A stretch of DNA of 64,000 nt from an uncultured Mycolicibacter sp. (GTDB lineage: Bacteria > Actinomycetota > Actinomycetes > Mycobacteriales > Mycobacteriaceae). The position numbers and the translations under genes are program-made. The first letter of the stretch is position 1. Each line of letters begins with the position of its first letter. The notes under the pieces were generated by a model. That model had not been told where the DNA came from and did no database searches. It worked only from the letters and a program-made list of their open reading frames with translations. The DNA is taken from NCBI GenBank assembly GCA_964292075.1, contig CAXYUC010000002.1:7469-71468 (forward strand), in the 5' to 3' direction. Below, piece by piece: positions 9,819 to 23,332 of the stretch.

Positions 9819-10922
9819 CTAGAGAATGGTCAGTTCCTTGGGGAACCGAGTCAGCAGGTCCGGGGCCTGCCCGGCAGTATCAGCGACCACGAGCGTGTCC
9901 TCGATACGGACCCCGCCACGATCAGCCAGATAGACGCCGGGCTCTACGGTCACCACAGCACCGGCAAGCAGTGTACCGTCGGCCGCCGCATTGATTCCGG
10001 GCGCTTCGTGAATCCGCAACCCAACCCCGTGGCCGAGGCCGTGGCCGAAGGTCTCGGCGTAGCCGGCCTCGGCGATCACGGTGCGCGCGGCCGCGTCGAC
10101 CTCCCGCAGTTCCGCGCCCGGTTGCAGAGCCTCGCGACCGGCCCGCTGCGCGGCCTGCACCACCTGGTAGATCTCCCGCTGCCAGTCCGCGGGCGGCCCC
10201 AGCACGAAGGTGCGGGTCATGTCGGAGTGGTAGCCGGCCACCAGGGCACCGAAATCGATCTTGACGAAGTCACCGGCGGCCAGCACGGCGTCGGTAGGCC
10301 GGTGATGCGGAATCGCCGAGTTGGGGCCCGCGGCCACGATCGTCTCGAACGACGCGGCGTCGGCGCCGTGGTCGAGCATCAGGGCTTCCAGTTCCCGGCG
10401 GATCTCGCGTTCGGTGCGCCCCGGCCGCAGGCCGCCGCGCTCCACCAGGTCGCTCAGGGCCGCGTCTGCGGCTTCACAGGCCAGCCGCAGCAGGGCAACT
10501 TCGCCGGCGTCTTTGACCTCGCGCAGCGCCTCTACGGTGTTCGAGGCCCGGACCAGCTCGACCGGACTGTCCTCGCCGGCCAGCGCGGTCGAAAGGGCGT
10601 CGAACCCGTCCACGGTCATCACGTGCGCCTCGAAGCCGACCCGGGTCGCCCCGGCGGTCACGGCCTGGGTGAGGAGATGACGAGGCCCGGTTCGTTCGAT
10701 CGCGACCTGCAGGTCGGGGGCCTGCCGGGCAGCCTGCGTGCGGTAGCGGCCATCGGTGGCCAACAGCGGCGGCCGCTCGTCGGCGTAAACCAACATCGCC
10801 CCGGCCGACCCGGTGAATCCGGACAGATAACGCACGTTGATCAGGTCGGTGACCAGCATCGCGTCCAGGTCGGCAGCGCGGATCTTGGCACTCAGACGCG
10901 CCCGACGGGAGGAATGTGTCAC
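9819..10922 (-). CDS. pepQ: Xaa-Pro peptidase (M24 family)
   Basis: KIDFGA, YHSDMTRT, HGLGHGVGL.IHEAP, TVEPGVY, GVRIED. Confidence 0.93.
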   Translation of the reverse strand: MTHSSRRARLSAKIRAADLDAMLVTDLINVRYLSGFTGSAGAMLVYADERPPLLATDGRYRTQAARQAPDLQVAIERTGPRHLLTQAVTAGATRVGFEAHVMTVDGFDALSTALAGEDSPVELVRASNTVEALREVKDAGEVALLRLACEAADAALSDLVERGGLRPGRTEREIRRELEALMLDHGADAASFETIVAAGPNSAIPHHRPTDAVLAAGDFVKIDFGALVAGYHSDMTRTFVLGPPADWQREIYQVVQAAQRAGREALQPGAELREVDAAARTVIAEAGYAETFGHGLGHGVGLRIHEAPGINAAADGTLLAGAVVTVEPGVYLADRGGVRIEDTLVVADTAGQAPDLLTRFPKELTIL

Positions 10923-11650
10923 GCGGTGTGACGGTACTCGCTACGCTGTGGCCCCATGAGCAAGTGGTTTCTGCGCGGGCTGGTCTTCGCTGCACTGATG
11001 GTCGTGATCCGCCTCATCCAGGGGGTGCTGATCAACGCCTTCGAGGCCCAGGCGGGTCTGATCAGCCTGGTGTTGATGATCTTGTTCGCGATCGGCGTGT
11101 TCATCTGGGGCCGTTCCGATGGCCGTGAGGACGCCAAGGCCAACGCCGACCCGGACCGGCGCGCTGACCTCGCGATGACCTGGCTGGGTGCCGGGCTGGC
11201 CGCCGGCCTGCTCAGCGGATTCGTCGCGTGGGTCATCGGCCAGTTCGACAAGGCGCTCTACATCAGCTCGTTCTTCAACGAGATGACCAGCTTCGCGGCC
11301 TTCACTGCGCTGCTGGTGTTCGTGGTGGGAGTGGCCGCGGTGGCACTCGGGCGCCGCGCCATCGACAAGGAGTACGAGAAGCATCCGGAACGCCGTCCGG
11401 TCCCGGCCGCCGAAGCTGAGAGCCAGCCGGCGACTGACGTGTTCGCCACTGTCGGTGCTCCCGCGGTCGTCGCCGAAGAGACTGGTGCCGTGCCGACCGA
11501 GCCTGCCGCGGCACCCGTGGCGCCCGCCGTCGATGCGACGCTGGCCGACCCCGCCGGTCTATCTGGAGGCTTCACCACCGAAGAGTTACCGGCCGACATC
11601 GACGCCACCACCGAGATCCCCGTGATCGAGGACGACGGCGGCGCCGAGGC

Positions 11651-13850
<2,200 letters not shown>

Positions 13851-13853
13851 CGC

Positions 13854-15071
13854 CTACCCCGAGGCCCGTTCCTGGTCGGCCGCCGGCACGCGGTCGGCCA
13901 CCGAACGTCGGTAGGCCTCGATGTTGCGCCGGGTTTCGGTCAGCGAGTCGCCGCCGAACTTCTCCAGCGCGGCACGGGCGAGCACCAACGCCACCATGGC
14001 TTCGGCCACTACACCGGCAGCCGGTACCGCACATACATCGGAGCGTTGATGGATCGCGACCGCTTCCTCGCCGGTGGCCATGTCGACGGTGGCCAGTGCC
14101 CGCGGCACGGTGGAGATCGGCTTCATCGCCGCACGCACCCGCAGCGGCAGACCATTGGTCATGCCACCCTCGAGCCCGCCGGCCCGGTTGGTGGCGCGCA
14201 CCACCCCGTCGGGCCCGGGGTACATCTCGTCATGGGCCGCGCTGCCGCGCCGGCGGGCGGTGGTGAAACCGTCGCCGATCTCGACACCCTTGATCGCCTG
14301 GATGCCCATGATCGCGGCAGCCAGCTGACTGTCGAGCCGGTCATCACCGCTGATGAAGGAGCCCAAGCCGATCGGCAGGCCCGACACCACCACCTCGACC
14401 ACACCACCCAGGGTGTCGCCGTCGGCCTTCGCCGCCTCGATCTCGGCGATCATGGAGTCCTGGGCGCCTGCGTCAAAGGCACGTACCGGGCTGGCATCGA
14501 TGGCGGCCAGGTCGGCCGGTTGCGGCACCGGACCGTCGTAGGGGACGGAGGCGCCGATCGAGATCACGTGGGAGATCACCTGAACACCCAGGGCCTGGTC
14601 CAGAAATGCCCGCGCAATGGTCCCCGCGGTCACGCGGGCCGCCGTCTCGCGTGCGCTGGCACGTTCGAGCACCGGGCGGGCGTCGTCGAAGCCGTACTTG
14701 AGCATGCCGGCGAAGTCGGCGTGGCCGGGCCGTGGCCGGGTCAGCGGCGCATTGCGGGCGCCGCCCTCGCTGTCCAGCATGGCCGGATCGACCGGATCGG
14801 CTGACATCACCGTCTCCCACTTGGGCCATTCGGTGTTGCCGATCTCGACTGCGATCGGGCCGCCCAGGGTGATACCGTGCCGCACCCCCGACAGCACCGT
14901 GACCGCGTCGGCCTCAAACTTCATCCGGGCCCCGCGGCCATAGCCCAGGCGCCGGCGAGCGAGCTGATCGGCGATGTCAGCCGAGGTGACGGCCACTCCG
15001 GCGACCATGCCCTCGACCATGGCCACCAACGCGCGACCGTGCGATTCCCCGGCGGTTATCCAACGCAACAC
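13854..15071 (-). CDS. aroC: Chorismate synthase
   Basis: [34 protein letters not shown]; GTG start at 15071. Confidence 0.96.
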   Translation of the reverse strand: MLRWITAGESHGRALVAMVEGMVAGVAVTSADIADQLARRRLGYGRGARMKFEADAVTVLSGVRHGITLGGPIAVEIGNTEWPKWETVMSADPVDPAMLDSEGGARNAPLTRPRPGHADFAGMLKYGFDDARPVLERASARETAARVTAGTIARAFLDQALGVQVISHVISIGASVPYDGPVPQPADLAAIDASPVRAFDAGAQDSMIAEIEAAKADGDTLGGVVEVVVSGLPIGLGSFISGDDRLDSQLAAAIMGIQAIKGVEIGDGFTTARRRGSAAHDEMYPGPDGVVRATNRAGGLEGGMTNGLPLRVRAAMKPISTVPRALATVDMATGEEAVAIHQRSDVCAVPAAGVVAEAMVALVLARAALEKFGGDSLTETRRNIEAYRRSVADRVPAADQERASG

Positions 15072-15194
15072 GTGTCCCATCTTCCCATGCCGGTCAGGCC
15101 CGCCCGGGCTTGGAGGAGTTTACGGTTGCACACACAGGCTGCTCAGCGCAGCGACAACCGGGATTCGATCCGGCTCGCGACCCGTTAGCCGGGT

Positions 15195-15608
15195 TCAGGA
15201 ACCGTTTTTGAGGATCAGGTAGGTGACGGCGTCGGGTCCGTTGCTCGGCGAGGTCACCGCGTTGAGCTGGCTACCGATATTGCCGACCACCCCGTCGAGG
15301 ATCCGGTCGAAGTCCTCCGCGGAGGTCTCCGGGTCGATCAGTACCAACGGCGATTCACCAGGCGGGACAGCGGAACTCGGGTCCAGCAGATAGCCCCCGA
15401 AAGAGTCCGAGTTGGCGGCCGAGGTCTGCGCGAACAGGTCCAGCCACTGCACGGTGGCGTCGTTTCCTTCTGCGCTGGACAACTGAATCGCCGGAACCTG
15501 CACGTCAGGCAAGGACGGCGAAACCATGTTGCTGGCAAGGACGATGCCCCCACCGACGACAACCGCAGCAGCTGCCACACCTGCAATTACAGCTCGCTTC
15601 ACGGTCAC
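15195..15608 (-). CDS. Small secreted/membrane-anchored hypothetical protein
   Basis: Signal-like N-terminus KRAVIAGVAAAAVVVGGG followed by PSLPDVQVPAIQLSS; own SD-like GAGGGG. Confidence 0.6.
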   Translation of the reverse strand: MTVKRAVIAGVAAAAVVVGGGIVLASNMVSPSLPDVQVPAIQLSSAEGNDATVQWLDLFAQTSAANSDSFGGYLLDPSSAVPPGESPLVLIDPETSAEDFDRILDGVVGNIGSQLNAVTSPSNGPDAVTYLILKNGS

Positions 15609-15747
15609 CCCCTCTGGCTACACACCGGTCAGCAGCAGTTCAATACGGTCGATATTACCTAATAATGGGCTGAGCGGCAAACCTTTCCTGACAAGGTCAC
15701 CGTTGACGTTAATTTGCGTTCTCTGAGCTTCACACCCCGGAACGGCC

Positions 15748-15769
15748 GTTGAACACACGTGTGTTCAAC
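15748..15769. promoter_or_regulatory. 22-bp perfect palindrome, candidate repressor operator
   Basis: GTTGAACACACGTGTGTTCAAC. Confidence 0.55.
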
Positions 15770-16202
15770 ACATGCCCAGGCCCGCCGCGAGCGCGCTGGC
15801 CAGGCACATCGACGGTCCGTGCGGCACCGTACGCCCGCGCCCCGCCGCTGCGACGAACAGCCCCCACAGCCCGGTCAGCAGCGGAGCGGCCACCGCGGCC
15901 AGCAGCCACACGTCGGCGCCGAAGGAACCGGTCAGCGCCCCGAGCGCGACCGCCAGCTTGACGTCACCGGCACCCAATCCGGCCGGGGTAAGCAAGTGAA
16001 CTACCAGATAGACGCCGGTGAGAGCCGCCGCGCCGGCCAGCGCCGCCGGCCCTCGACCGACCGCGGCAGCCACCGCCGGCACCAGCACCGCCGCAGGCAG
16101 TGTCAACCAATTCGGCAGCCGGCGCTGCCGGATGTCGTAGCCGCTCAGCAGCACCAGCCACGCCAGCACCGAACCCGCCGCCGCCGCTTCCAACCCCGCC
16201 AT
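15765..16202 (-). CDS. A24 (prepilin peptidase-like) membrane aspartic peptidase (Rv2551c-like)
   Basis: YDIRQRRLPNWLT and GLGAGDVKLA catalytic Asp motifs. Confidence 0.85.
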   Translation of the reverse strand: MAGLEAAAAGSVLAWLVLLSGYDIRQRRLPNWLTLPAAVLVPAVAAAVGRGPAALAGAAALTGVYLVVHLLTPAGLGAGDVKLAVALGALTGSFGADVWLLAAVAAPLLTGLWGLFVAAAGRGRTVPHGPSMCLASALAAGLGMC

Positions 16203-16212
16203 GGCGCCATGC

Positions 16213-17040
16213 TCAGGCGAGGTCGGCGACCGCGCAAGTCATCTCGGCGCGGGGCGCGGACCTACCGGTGAACAGCTCGACCTGAGTGAACGCCTGATGC
16301 AGCAACATCTGCAGGCCGCTGATCACCGTGCCGCCGGCGGCGCCCACCGCAGTTGCCAGCGGCGTCGGCCACGGGTCGTAGATGGCGTCCAGCAGCACCG
16401 GCACACCGGCCAAGACCGGCGCATACCGTGCGGCAACGTCGGCAGGAAGTGTGCTGACCAGCACCGAGGCGTCGGCAGCCGCCGCGGCCAGGTCGGGGTC
16501 ATCGAGCGCACAGAAGCGAGCCGGCACACCGACTTCGGTCGCCAACGCCACCACCCGCGCGGCATTGTCGGCGTTGCGCGCGGCCACCGTGATGTGGCCG
16601 GCGCCCAGTTCGGCCAGCGCCACCACCGCAGCCGGGGCGGTACCGCCGGAGCCCAACACGATCGCTGCCCCCGACACCGAACCGAGCGCCCCGCTCACCC
16701 CGTCGACATCGGTGTTGTCGGCCAACCACCCGGTTCGGGTACGTACCAGCGTGTTCGCCGAGCCGATCCGCTCGGCACGCCGGGTGCGTTCGTCGGCAAA
16801 AGCCAGGGCTGCGAACTTGCCCGGCATGGTGACTGAGACGCCGACCCATTCCGGCCCGAATCCGGCGACCAGCGCCGGCAACTCCTCGGCTCCGCACTCA
16901 ATGCGCTCATAGCTCCAGCCCGCCAGGCCGAGTGCCCGGTAGGCCGCCAGATGCAACTGCGGTGAGCGCGAGTGGGCGATCGGCGAACCCAGCACCGCGG
17001 CCCGGCGCGGTCCGGGCTCAGCGGGAGCTGTCGAGGACAC
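16213..17040 (-). CDS. aroE: Shikimate dehydrogenase
   Basis: GSPIAHSRSP, SVTMPGK, NTDVDG, DAIYDPWPT, GLQMLLHQA. Confidence 0.95.
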   Translation of the reverse strand: MSSTAPAEPGPRRAAVLGSPIAHSRSPQLHLAAYRALGLAGWSYERIECGAEELPALVAGFGPEWVGVSVTMPGKFAALAFADERTRRAERIGSANTLVRTRTGWLADNTDVDGVSGALGSVSGAAIVLGSGGTAPAAVVALAELGAGHITVAARNADNAARVVALATEVGVPARFCALDDPDLAAAAADASVLVSTLPADVAARYAPVLAGVPVLLDAIYDPWPTPLATAVGAAGGTVISGLQMLLHQAFTQVELFTGRSAPRAEMTCAVADLA

Positions 17041-18271
17041 CGTTGTCCAGCGCCATCTCGATGTTGTTCAAGTGCTGCTGGTAGTTGTGGGTGAACAGGG
17101 TGGTGCCGTCCTTGTCGATCGTCACGAAGTACAGCCAGTCGCCCGGTTCTGGATGCTCGGCGGCGTGCAAAGCGTCCATTCCCGGTGAGCAGATCGGGGT
17201 GGCCGGCAGGCCATCAGAGGCATAGGTGTTCCACGGCGTCACCTTGGCCCGGTCGGCGTCGGTGGTGGCCACCTCCTGGCGGTCCAGCGGATAGTTGACC
17301 GTCGAGTCGAACTCCAGCCGCTGCGGCTCGCCCAGCCTGTTGTCGATGACCCGGGCCACCTTGGCGAAGTCGTGCGGCAGGGCTTCGCGTTGCACCAGCG
17401 ACGCCACCACCAGCATCTCGTAGGGCGTCATGCCCAACTGTGCGGCGGTGCCGGGCAGGCCGGACTTATCGAGCTGCGCACTGCTCTGGCTGATCAGCTT
17501 CGACAGCACGGTGGGCGCCGACGCGGTCGGGTCGACGTTCCAGGTGCCCGCCGTGATCAGCCCCTCGATGCGGCGGTGGTCGCGCCCCATCTTGCTGACC
17601 GGACCGAGCGCCCACTCCGGAACGGACAGCGCCTGCGGCGTCTCGATCTCTGCGGCGCGACGCAGATCTTGGGTTTTGAGACAGGTGCGATCACCATTGA
17701 GGTCCAGGCAGCTGGCCTCAGCGATCAGAGTGAACACCCCCGGGGTCACCCGGTCGGTCTTCATGTCCGTGGTGTCATCGAGTTGACGACCCTCCGGAAT
17801 CACCAGCTTGCCCACCCGACTCTCCGGGTCGGTGAGCTGCTGCACCGCGGTGGCCGCCGGGATCTCGGCCCGCAACCGGTAGAAGCCGGGCTGGATCGCC
17901 GCGATGGCGGTGTTGCCCTGCGCGGCGGACAGGAACGTCCCGACGTTGGCGATCACCCCCGCTTCCAGCATGCTTTCGGCGATCGCGGTGGTGAAGTCAC
18001 CCTCGTGTACCTCGATCAGCACCTGCTGGCCGCCGTCACCGGTGAAGTCGACGACGGGACCGCTGGAGTGCCAATACTTGGAGCCCAGGAAAACCCCGGC
18101 GATCGCCAGCAGGACCACCAGCGCGACACCGAGACCCCGGGCCACCCGCCGGTGTCGGGTGTGCTGGCGCTGTCGCCGGTTCTCCCGGGCCCGCTGGGTC
18201 CGGCTCATCCGACGCCGCGGCGGCCCGACCGCCACCGGTTTGGCCTTCTTCCCGGATCTGTCGTCAGACAT
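17018..18271 (-). CDS. mltG: Endolytic murein transglycosylase
   Basis: Single TM, ASLVQRE catalytic motif, [28 protein letters not shown]. Confidence 0.92.
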   Translation of the reverse strand: MSDDRSGKKAKPVAVGPPRRRMSRTQRARENRRQRQHTRHRRVARGLGVALVVLLAIAGVFLGSKYWHSSGPVVDFTGDGGQQVLIEVHEGDFTTAIAESMLEAGVIANVGTFLSAAQGNTAIAAIQPGFYRLRAEIPAATAVQQLTDPESRVGKLVIPEGRQLDDTTDMKTDRVTPGVFTLIAEASCLDLNGDRTCLKTQDLRRAAEIETPQALSVPEWALGPVSKMGRDHRRIEGLITAGTWNVDPTASAPTVLSKLISQSSAQLDKSGLPGTAAQLGMTPYEMLVVASLVQREALPHDFAKVARVIDNRLGEPQRLEFDSTVNYPLDRQEVATTDADRAKVTPWNTYASDGLPATPICSPGMDALHAAEHPEPGDWLYFVTIDKDGTTLFTHNYQQHLNNIEMALDNGVLDSSR

Positions 18272-18797
18272 CGTTGTCCTCCGTCGGCGTCGCCGGGGCC
18301 GGCGCGGCCAGGGCCCGGCGCTGGTCGAGCCAGCTCTGCAGGATCGTCACGGCGGCAGCCTGGTCGATCACCGAACGCTGACGCTTGGAGCGCACCCCGG
18401 CCGCGTGCAGCGACCGCGCCGCACTAACGGTGCTCAGCCGCTCGTCGGCCAGCCGCACTGGGGCGAGCCGACGGCGCCCGGCCAGCGCCCGGGCCAGGTC
18501 GTCGGCGACCGCGATGGCATCCTCGGCTGCCGAGCCGGCCCGGTCGGCCAGCGTTCGCGGCAATCCCACCACCACTTCGACGACGTCGTATTCGTCGGCA
18601 AGGTCGGCGAGCCGGCGCAGGTGCGAGCCGGATGAGTGTCGTCGCACGGTCTCCACCGGGGTGGCCAACAGTCCATCGGGGTCGCTACACGACACCCCGA
18701 TACGCACACTGCCCACATCCACCCCGAGCCGTCGTCCGCGGCCGGGATCGTCCGGCCCGCCGGGCCGGTCCGGGGTGCGATGGTGGGGTGAGGTCAC
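18264..18797 (-). CDS. ruvX: Holliday junction resolvase-like / pre-16S rRNA nuclease YqgF
   Basis: [33 protein letters not shown]. Confidence 0.93.
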   Translation of the reverse strand: MTSPHHRTPDRPGGPDDPGRGRRLGVDVGSVRIGVSCSDPDGLLATPVETVRRHSSGSHLRRLADLADEYDVVEVVVGLPRTLADRAGSAAEDAIAVADDLARALAGRRRLAPVRLADERLSTVSAARSLHAAGVRSKRQRSVIDQAAAVTILQSWLDQRRALAAPAPATPTEDNDV

Positions 18798-21478
18798 GCC
18801 GGCATGCTCCGGGCGACCGCCGCGCGGATCGCCGCCAGCGCGGCATCGATCCCGCCGGCGTCCTTACCGGAGCCCTGCGCCAGATCGGCCTTGCCGCCGC
18901 CACGGCCGGATACCGCCGCCGCCAGGTCTTTGACCAGATCGTCGGCACGCAACCCGAGCTCTTGCGCGGCGGCGTTGGCGGCCACCACGTAAGGAACACT
19001 GTCCGCACCGTCAGCGATCAGCGCCACCACTGCGGGCTCTTCGCCCAGCTTGCCGCGGATGTCGCCGACCAGCGAACGCAGGTCGCCTCCGCCGATTCCG
19101 CCTGACATACGCTGCGCCACCAGGCGCACGTTACCGATTTGTTCGGCCCCGGCAGCGGCATTCGACGCAGCCGCTCGGGCACCCGCCAGCCGGGCGCGGT
19201 CTAGTTCCTTCTCGGCGGCCTTGAGCCGCTCGACCAGGTTGGCCACCCGGGCCGGAACTTCCTCCGAGGGCACCTTCAACGATGAGGCCAGCCCGGCCAT
19301 GAGCGCCCGCTCCTTGGCCAGATGCCGGAACGAGTCCAGTCCGACGTAGGCCTCGACGCGCCGCACCCCAGAGCCCACCGACGATTCGCCCAGGATGGTG
19401 ACCGGACCGATCTGCGCCGAGTTGTGCACGTGGGTGCCGCCGCACAGTTCCAGCGAGAATGGCCCGCCGATCTCGACGACGCGCACCTTCTCGGGATACT
19501 TCTCGCCGAACATCGCCATGGCGCCCATGGCTTTAGCCTTCTCCAGTTCTTCGGTGAAGGTGTGCACCTCGAAGTCGGCCTGTACCGCCTCGTTGGTGAC
19601 TACCTCGACTTGGCGACGTTGCTCATCGCTGAGCGCGCCCTGCCAGTTGAAGTCGAATCGCAGATAGCCGGGCCGGTTTAGCGAGCCGGCCTGAACGGCG
19701 CCCGGCCCCAGCACTTGCCGCAGCGCGGCGTGCACCATGTGAGTGCCCGAGTGGCCCTGGGTGGCACCCTTGCGCCAGTCCTGGTCCACCGCTGCGGTGA
19801 CGGTGTCGCCCTCGACGAATTCGCCGGACTCGACGGTGACCCGGTGCACGAACAGGGTTTGGGCGATCTTCTGCACGTCGGTGACCGCGGCGCTGGCCGT
19901 CCCGGCGCTGATGGTGCCGGCGTCGGCGATCTGCCCACCGGCCTCGGCGTAGAGCGGGGTGCGGTCCAACACCAGCTCGATGTTGTCGGCGACGACATCC
20001 TCGTGCGACACCACCGGCACGCGCCTGCCGTCGACGAAAATGCCCAGGATGCGAGCCTCCGTGGTGAGCTCGTCAAACCCGGTGAACTCGGTGGGACCGG
20101 TGTCGATCAGCTCGCGGTAGGCACTCAAGTCGGCGTGCGCGTGCTTGCGCGTGGCGGCGTCGGCCTTGGCGCGCTGCCGCTGCTCGGCCATCAACGCGCG
20201 GAACCCGGCCTCATCGACCTGCAGGCCGGCCTCCGAGGCCATCTCCAGGGTGAGCTCGATGGGGAAGCCATAGGTGTCGTGCAAGGCGAAGGCGTCGCTG
20301 CCGGACAGCACGGTGACCCCGGCGGACCTGGTGGCAGCAGCAGCGTCGTCAAACAGCTTCGAACCCGATGCCAGGGTGCGGTTGAACGCGGTCTCCTCGG
20401 CGACCGCGATCCTGGCGATCCGGTCGAAGTCGGTGACCAATTCCGGGTACGACGGGCCCATCGCGTCACGCACGGTCGCCATCAGGTCACCGACGATCGG
20501 GCCCTCGATGCCCAGCAGCTTGGCCGAACGAATCACCCGGCGCAGCAGCCGGCGCAGCACGTAGCCGCGGCCGTCGTTGCCGGGGCTCACGCCGTCGCCG
20601 ATCAGGATGGCCGCGGTGCGGGAGTGGTCGGCGATGATTCGGTAACGCACGTCGTCGGCGTGATTGCCGGTGTCATAACCACGCGGCGCACGGGTGGCGA
20701 CCAGATCGATGACCGGGCGAACCAGGTCGGTCTCGTAGACGTTGTTCACGCCTTGGAGCAGGAAAGCGACCCGCTCGACCCCCATCCCGGTGTCGATGTT
20801 CTGGCGTGGCAGCGGGCCGAGGATCTCGAAGTCCTCCTTGGAGGTGCCTTCGCCCCGCTCGTTCTGCATGAACACCAGGTTCCAGATCTCGATATAGCGG
20901 TCTTCGTTGGCGACCGGGCCGCCGTCGACGCCGAACTCGGGTCCGCGGTCGTAGTAGATCTCCGAGGACGGGCCGCAGGGCCCGGGGATGCCCATCGACC
21001 AATAGTTGTCGGCCATCCCGCGCCGCTGGATCCGCTCCAGCGGCAAGCCCGCGATCTCCTGCCACAACGCGATGGCTTCGTCGTCATCGAGATAGACAGT
21101 GGCCCAAAGCTTTTCGGGGTCCAGCCCATATCCGCCGTCCTGGACACTGTTGGTCAACAGCGTCCAGGCGAGCTCGATCGCTCCGCGCTTGAAATAGTCG
21201 CCGAACGAGAAGTTGCCGGCCATCTGGAAGAACGTGTTGTGCCGGGTGGTGATGCCCACCTCGTCGATGTCCGGAGTACGGATGCACTTCTGGACACTGG
21301 TGGCGGTGGCATACGGCGGGGTCCGCTGGCCCAGGAAGAACGGCACGAACTGCACCATGCCGGCGTTGATGAACAACAGGTTGGGGTCATCAAGGATCAC
21401 CGAAGCGCTCGGCACTTCGGTGTGGCCCGCTTTCACGAAGTGATCGAGGAAGCGTTTCCTGATCTCGTGTGTCTGCAC
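18794..21478 (-). CDS. alaS: Alanine--tRNA ligase
   Basis: [47 protein letters not shown]. Confidence 0.98.
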   Translation of the reverse strand: MQTHEIRKRFLDHFVKAGHTEVPSASVILDDPNLLFINAGMVQFVPFFLGQRTPPYATATSVQKCIRTPDIDEVGITTRHNTFFQMAGNFSFGDYFKRGAIELAWTLLTNSVQDGGYGLDPEKLWATVYLDDDEAIALWQEIAGLPLERIQRRGMADNYWSMGIPGPCGPSSEIYYDRGPEFGVDGGPVANEDRYIEIWNLVFMQNERGEGTSKEDFEILGPLPRQNIDTGMGVERVAFLLQGVNNVYETDLVRPVIDLVATRAPRGYDTGNHADDVRYRIIADHSRTAAILIGDGVSPGNDGRGYVLRRLLRRVIRSAKLLGIEGPIVGDLMATVRDAMGPSYPELVTDFDRIARIAVAEETAFNRTLASGSKLFDDAAAATRSAGVTVLSGSDAFALHDTYGFPIELTLEMASEAGLQVDEAGFRALMAEQRQRAKADAATRKHAHADLSAYRELIDTGPTEFTGFDELTTEARILGIFVDGRRVPVVSHEDVVADNIELVLDRTPLYAEAGGQIADAGTISAGTASAAVTDVQKIAQTLFVHRVTVESGEFVEGDTVTAAVDQDWRKGATQGHSGTHMVHAALRQVLGPGAVQAGSLNRPGYLRFDFNWQGALSDEQRRQVEVVTNEAVQADFEVHTFTEELEKAKAMGAMAMFGEKYPEKVRVVEIGGPFSLELCGGTHVHNSAQIGPVTILGESSVGSGVRRVEAYVGLDSFRHLAKERALMAGLASSLKVPSEEVPARVANLVERLKAAEKELDRARLAGARAAASNAAAGAEQIGNVRLVAQRMSGGIGGGDLRSLVGDIRGKLGEEPAVVALIADGADSVPYVVAANAAAQELGLRADDLVKDLAAAVSGRGGGKADLAQGSGKDAGGIDAALAAIRAAVARSMPA

Positions 21479-21562
21479 TATCTATCGCTTCCCGCCGTCT
21501 CGCCCGTTTAGACGGCACTACAGTACCGGGCTGCCGATCGTGTTCTCGGCAGGCAAGGATCC

Positions 21563-21976
21563 TCAGGTGGCGCCGGCCCCGACAAAGCTCAATCGCACAC
21601 TTCGGCGAGGGTTGTCGCGGTTCAGGTCGACCAGGACAACGGACTGCCAGATTCCCAGCAGCGGCTCACCATCAGCCACCGGAACCGTGATCGACGGCGC
21701 GACGATCGCCGGCAGCACGTGATCGGCTCCGTGACCGGGCGACCCGTGCGCGTGCCGGTAGCGATTGTCTCGCGGCAAAAGCCGTTCCAGCGTGTCGACC
21801 AGGTCGGAGTCGGATCCGGCGCCGGTCTCTATGATCGCCACCCCCGCCGTCGCGTGTGGCACGAAGACGTTGCACAGCCCGTCACCGAGGCCGGCGCAGA
21901 ACGACTTCACCAGCTCGGTGAGGTCGACGGTGCGACGCCGGGCGGTGTCGACGTCAAGTACTTCGGTGTTCATCAC
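21563..21976 (-). CDS. YjbQ/UPF0047 family protein (Rv2556c-like)
   Basis: FVPHATAG, HGADH, LGIWQSVVLVD. Confidence 0.88.
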   Translation of the reverse strand: MMNTEVLDVDTARRRTVDLTELVKSFCAGLGDGLCNVFVPHATAGVAIIETGAGSDSDLVDTLERLLPRDNRYRHAHGSPGHGADHVLPAIVAPSITVPVADGEPLLGIWQSVVLVDLNRDNPRRSVRLSFVGAGAT

Positions 21977-22000
21977 TGCCCAGCCTACGGGTTGGGTTTC

Positions 22001-22070
22001 CCCCGGCGAGCAGACGTGAAAACCCCCATTTGGGGCCTCTGAAGGGGGCTTTCGCGTCTGCTCGCCGGGG
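22001..22070. repeat. Palindromic intergenic element (CGAGCAGACG...CGTCTGCTCG family), copy 1
   Basis: Arms 22001-22027 and 22044-22070 are 25/27 complementary. Confidence 0.8.
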
Positions 22071-22257
22071 TACTCGGGGCCCGTTGATCAGCGCCTCCCG
22101 CGCCAGGCTGTGCTGCGCCATCTTCGCCTCGGCCGGCTGACGCTGCGCGTTTGCTGGCAATACTCGCCACCGCCACTCAAAACTGTTGTCGCCACCAACC
22201 CCCATTGCTACCCTCACCTGACATTTTCATTAGTCGATACCGTGCCGTAGCTGATGA

Positions 22258-23331
22258 ATGGGGGGCCTCGAAATGCCGGAGATACGCTCTTGCTGCACGG
22301 CCGCGGCAATCGCGCTGATTGGCGCCGGCCTCGTCGCTCCGATCGCAGCGTCACCGCATGCCCTGCCGATCCTGACTGCTCGGGACATCACGCTGACCGC
22401 CCAGGACATCGTCCTCGACATCGTCCGGCACGCCGAAGACATGGCGCCCGCCAACTCGCGGATCCCGTTCTCTCCGGAGTTCCCCGGGGCGGGGATCAGC
22501 GACCTGGGCAAGCAGCAGGCGGCCGACACCGCCAACCAGATCTACGCCGAGGTCGGCGGGCCGCACCACGTCGCCGGCCTGTTCTCTGGACCGGACACCG
22601 ACGCCCAGGACACCGCGGCGCCATTCGCCACGCTGCAGGGCATGGACCCACAGATCCTGAACGGGCTAGTCGAAGTCGACGGCGGGATCTTCGCCAACCA
22701 GCCGGTGCTCAGCCTCGGCGGCATCTACTACGACGTGGCCGTGGTGCTGTGGATGTTGGGCCTGGTCAACGCCTTCCAGATTCCCGGCGCCAACGAGTAC
22801 AACGGGGTGGTCGTCAACGACAACTACACCGCGTCCGTCGATGCGATGTACAACGCGGCGCTGGCCAATCCGGTGACCGGCAACGACGGCAACATCACCG
22901 ACGTGGCCTACAGCAGCGAGGCGTCGATGATGATCTGGACCATGCTCAACGTCAAGAACCCCGACCCGATGGCGCTGGTCAACACGGTGATCGCGTCGCT
23001 GGGCAACGGCGGGACGCCCGCGCTGGTGCCCAACGCCGGACTGATCCAGGTCGAGGGCAACCCCACCGACGGCTGGACGCTGCTCAGCTGGGCCGGCCAG
23101 GCCGTCCCAGAGAACCCCGGCGCACTGGGTGACCTCTTCCTAATCTGGCGGGACCTGGTGCTACCTCCGCAGGTGGCGTTCGACCACGTCCTGGATGCCC
23201 TGGTGTCCGGTGATTCGGCGGCGCTCACCACGGCATTCCAGGACGGGGTGACCAGCATCTCCGCCGCGCTGGACGCGATGCCCGACACGGTGACCAACCT
23301 GTTCGCCGACCTCGCCGCCGGCACCTGGTGA
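22258..23331 (+). CDS. Secreted histidine phosphatase superfamily protein
   Basis: Signal-like AAAIALIGAGLVAP; LDIVRHAE (RHG-like motif), GLVEVDGG, NAGLIQVEGNP. Confidence 0.7.
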   Translation: MGGLEMPEIRSCCTAAAIALIGAGLVAPIAASPHALPILTARDITLTAQDIVLDIVRHAEDMAPANSRIPFSPEFPGAGISDLGKQQAADTANQIYAEVGGPHHVAGLFSGPDTDAQDTAAPFATLQGMDPQILNGLVEVDGGIFANQPVLSLGGIYYDVAVVLWMLGLVNAFQIPGANEYNGVVVNDNYTASVDAMYNAALANPVTGNDGNITDVAYSSEASMMIWTMLNVKNPDPMALVNTVIASLGNGGTPALVPNAGLIQVEGNPTDGWTLLSWAGQAVPENPGALGDLFLIWRDLVLPPQVAFDHVLDALVSGDSAALTTAFQDGVTSISAALDAMPDTVTNLFADLAAGTW

Positions 23332-23332
23332 C

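Noticed and set aside
15195-16202. A24 peptidase plus adjacent small protein as a pilin-processing pair
   Set aside because: The small protein lacks a class III signal (G/F-x-x-x-E), and the peptidase is a conserved syntenic gene
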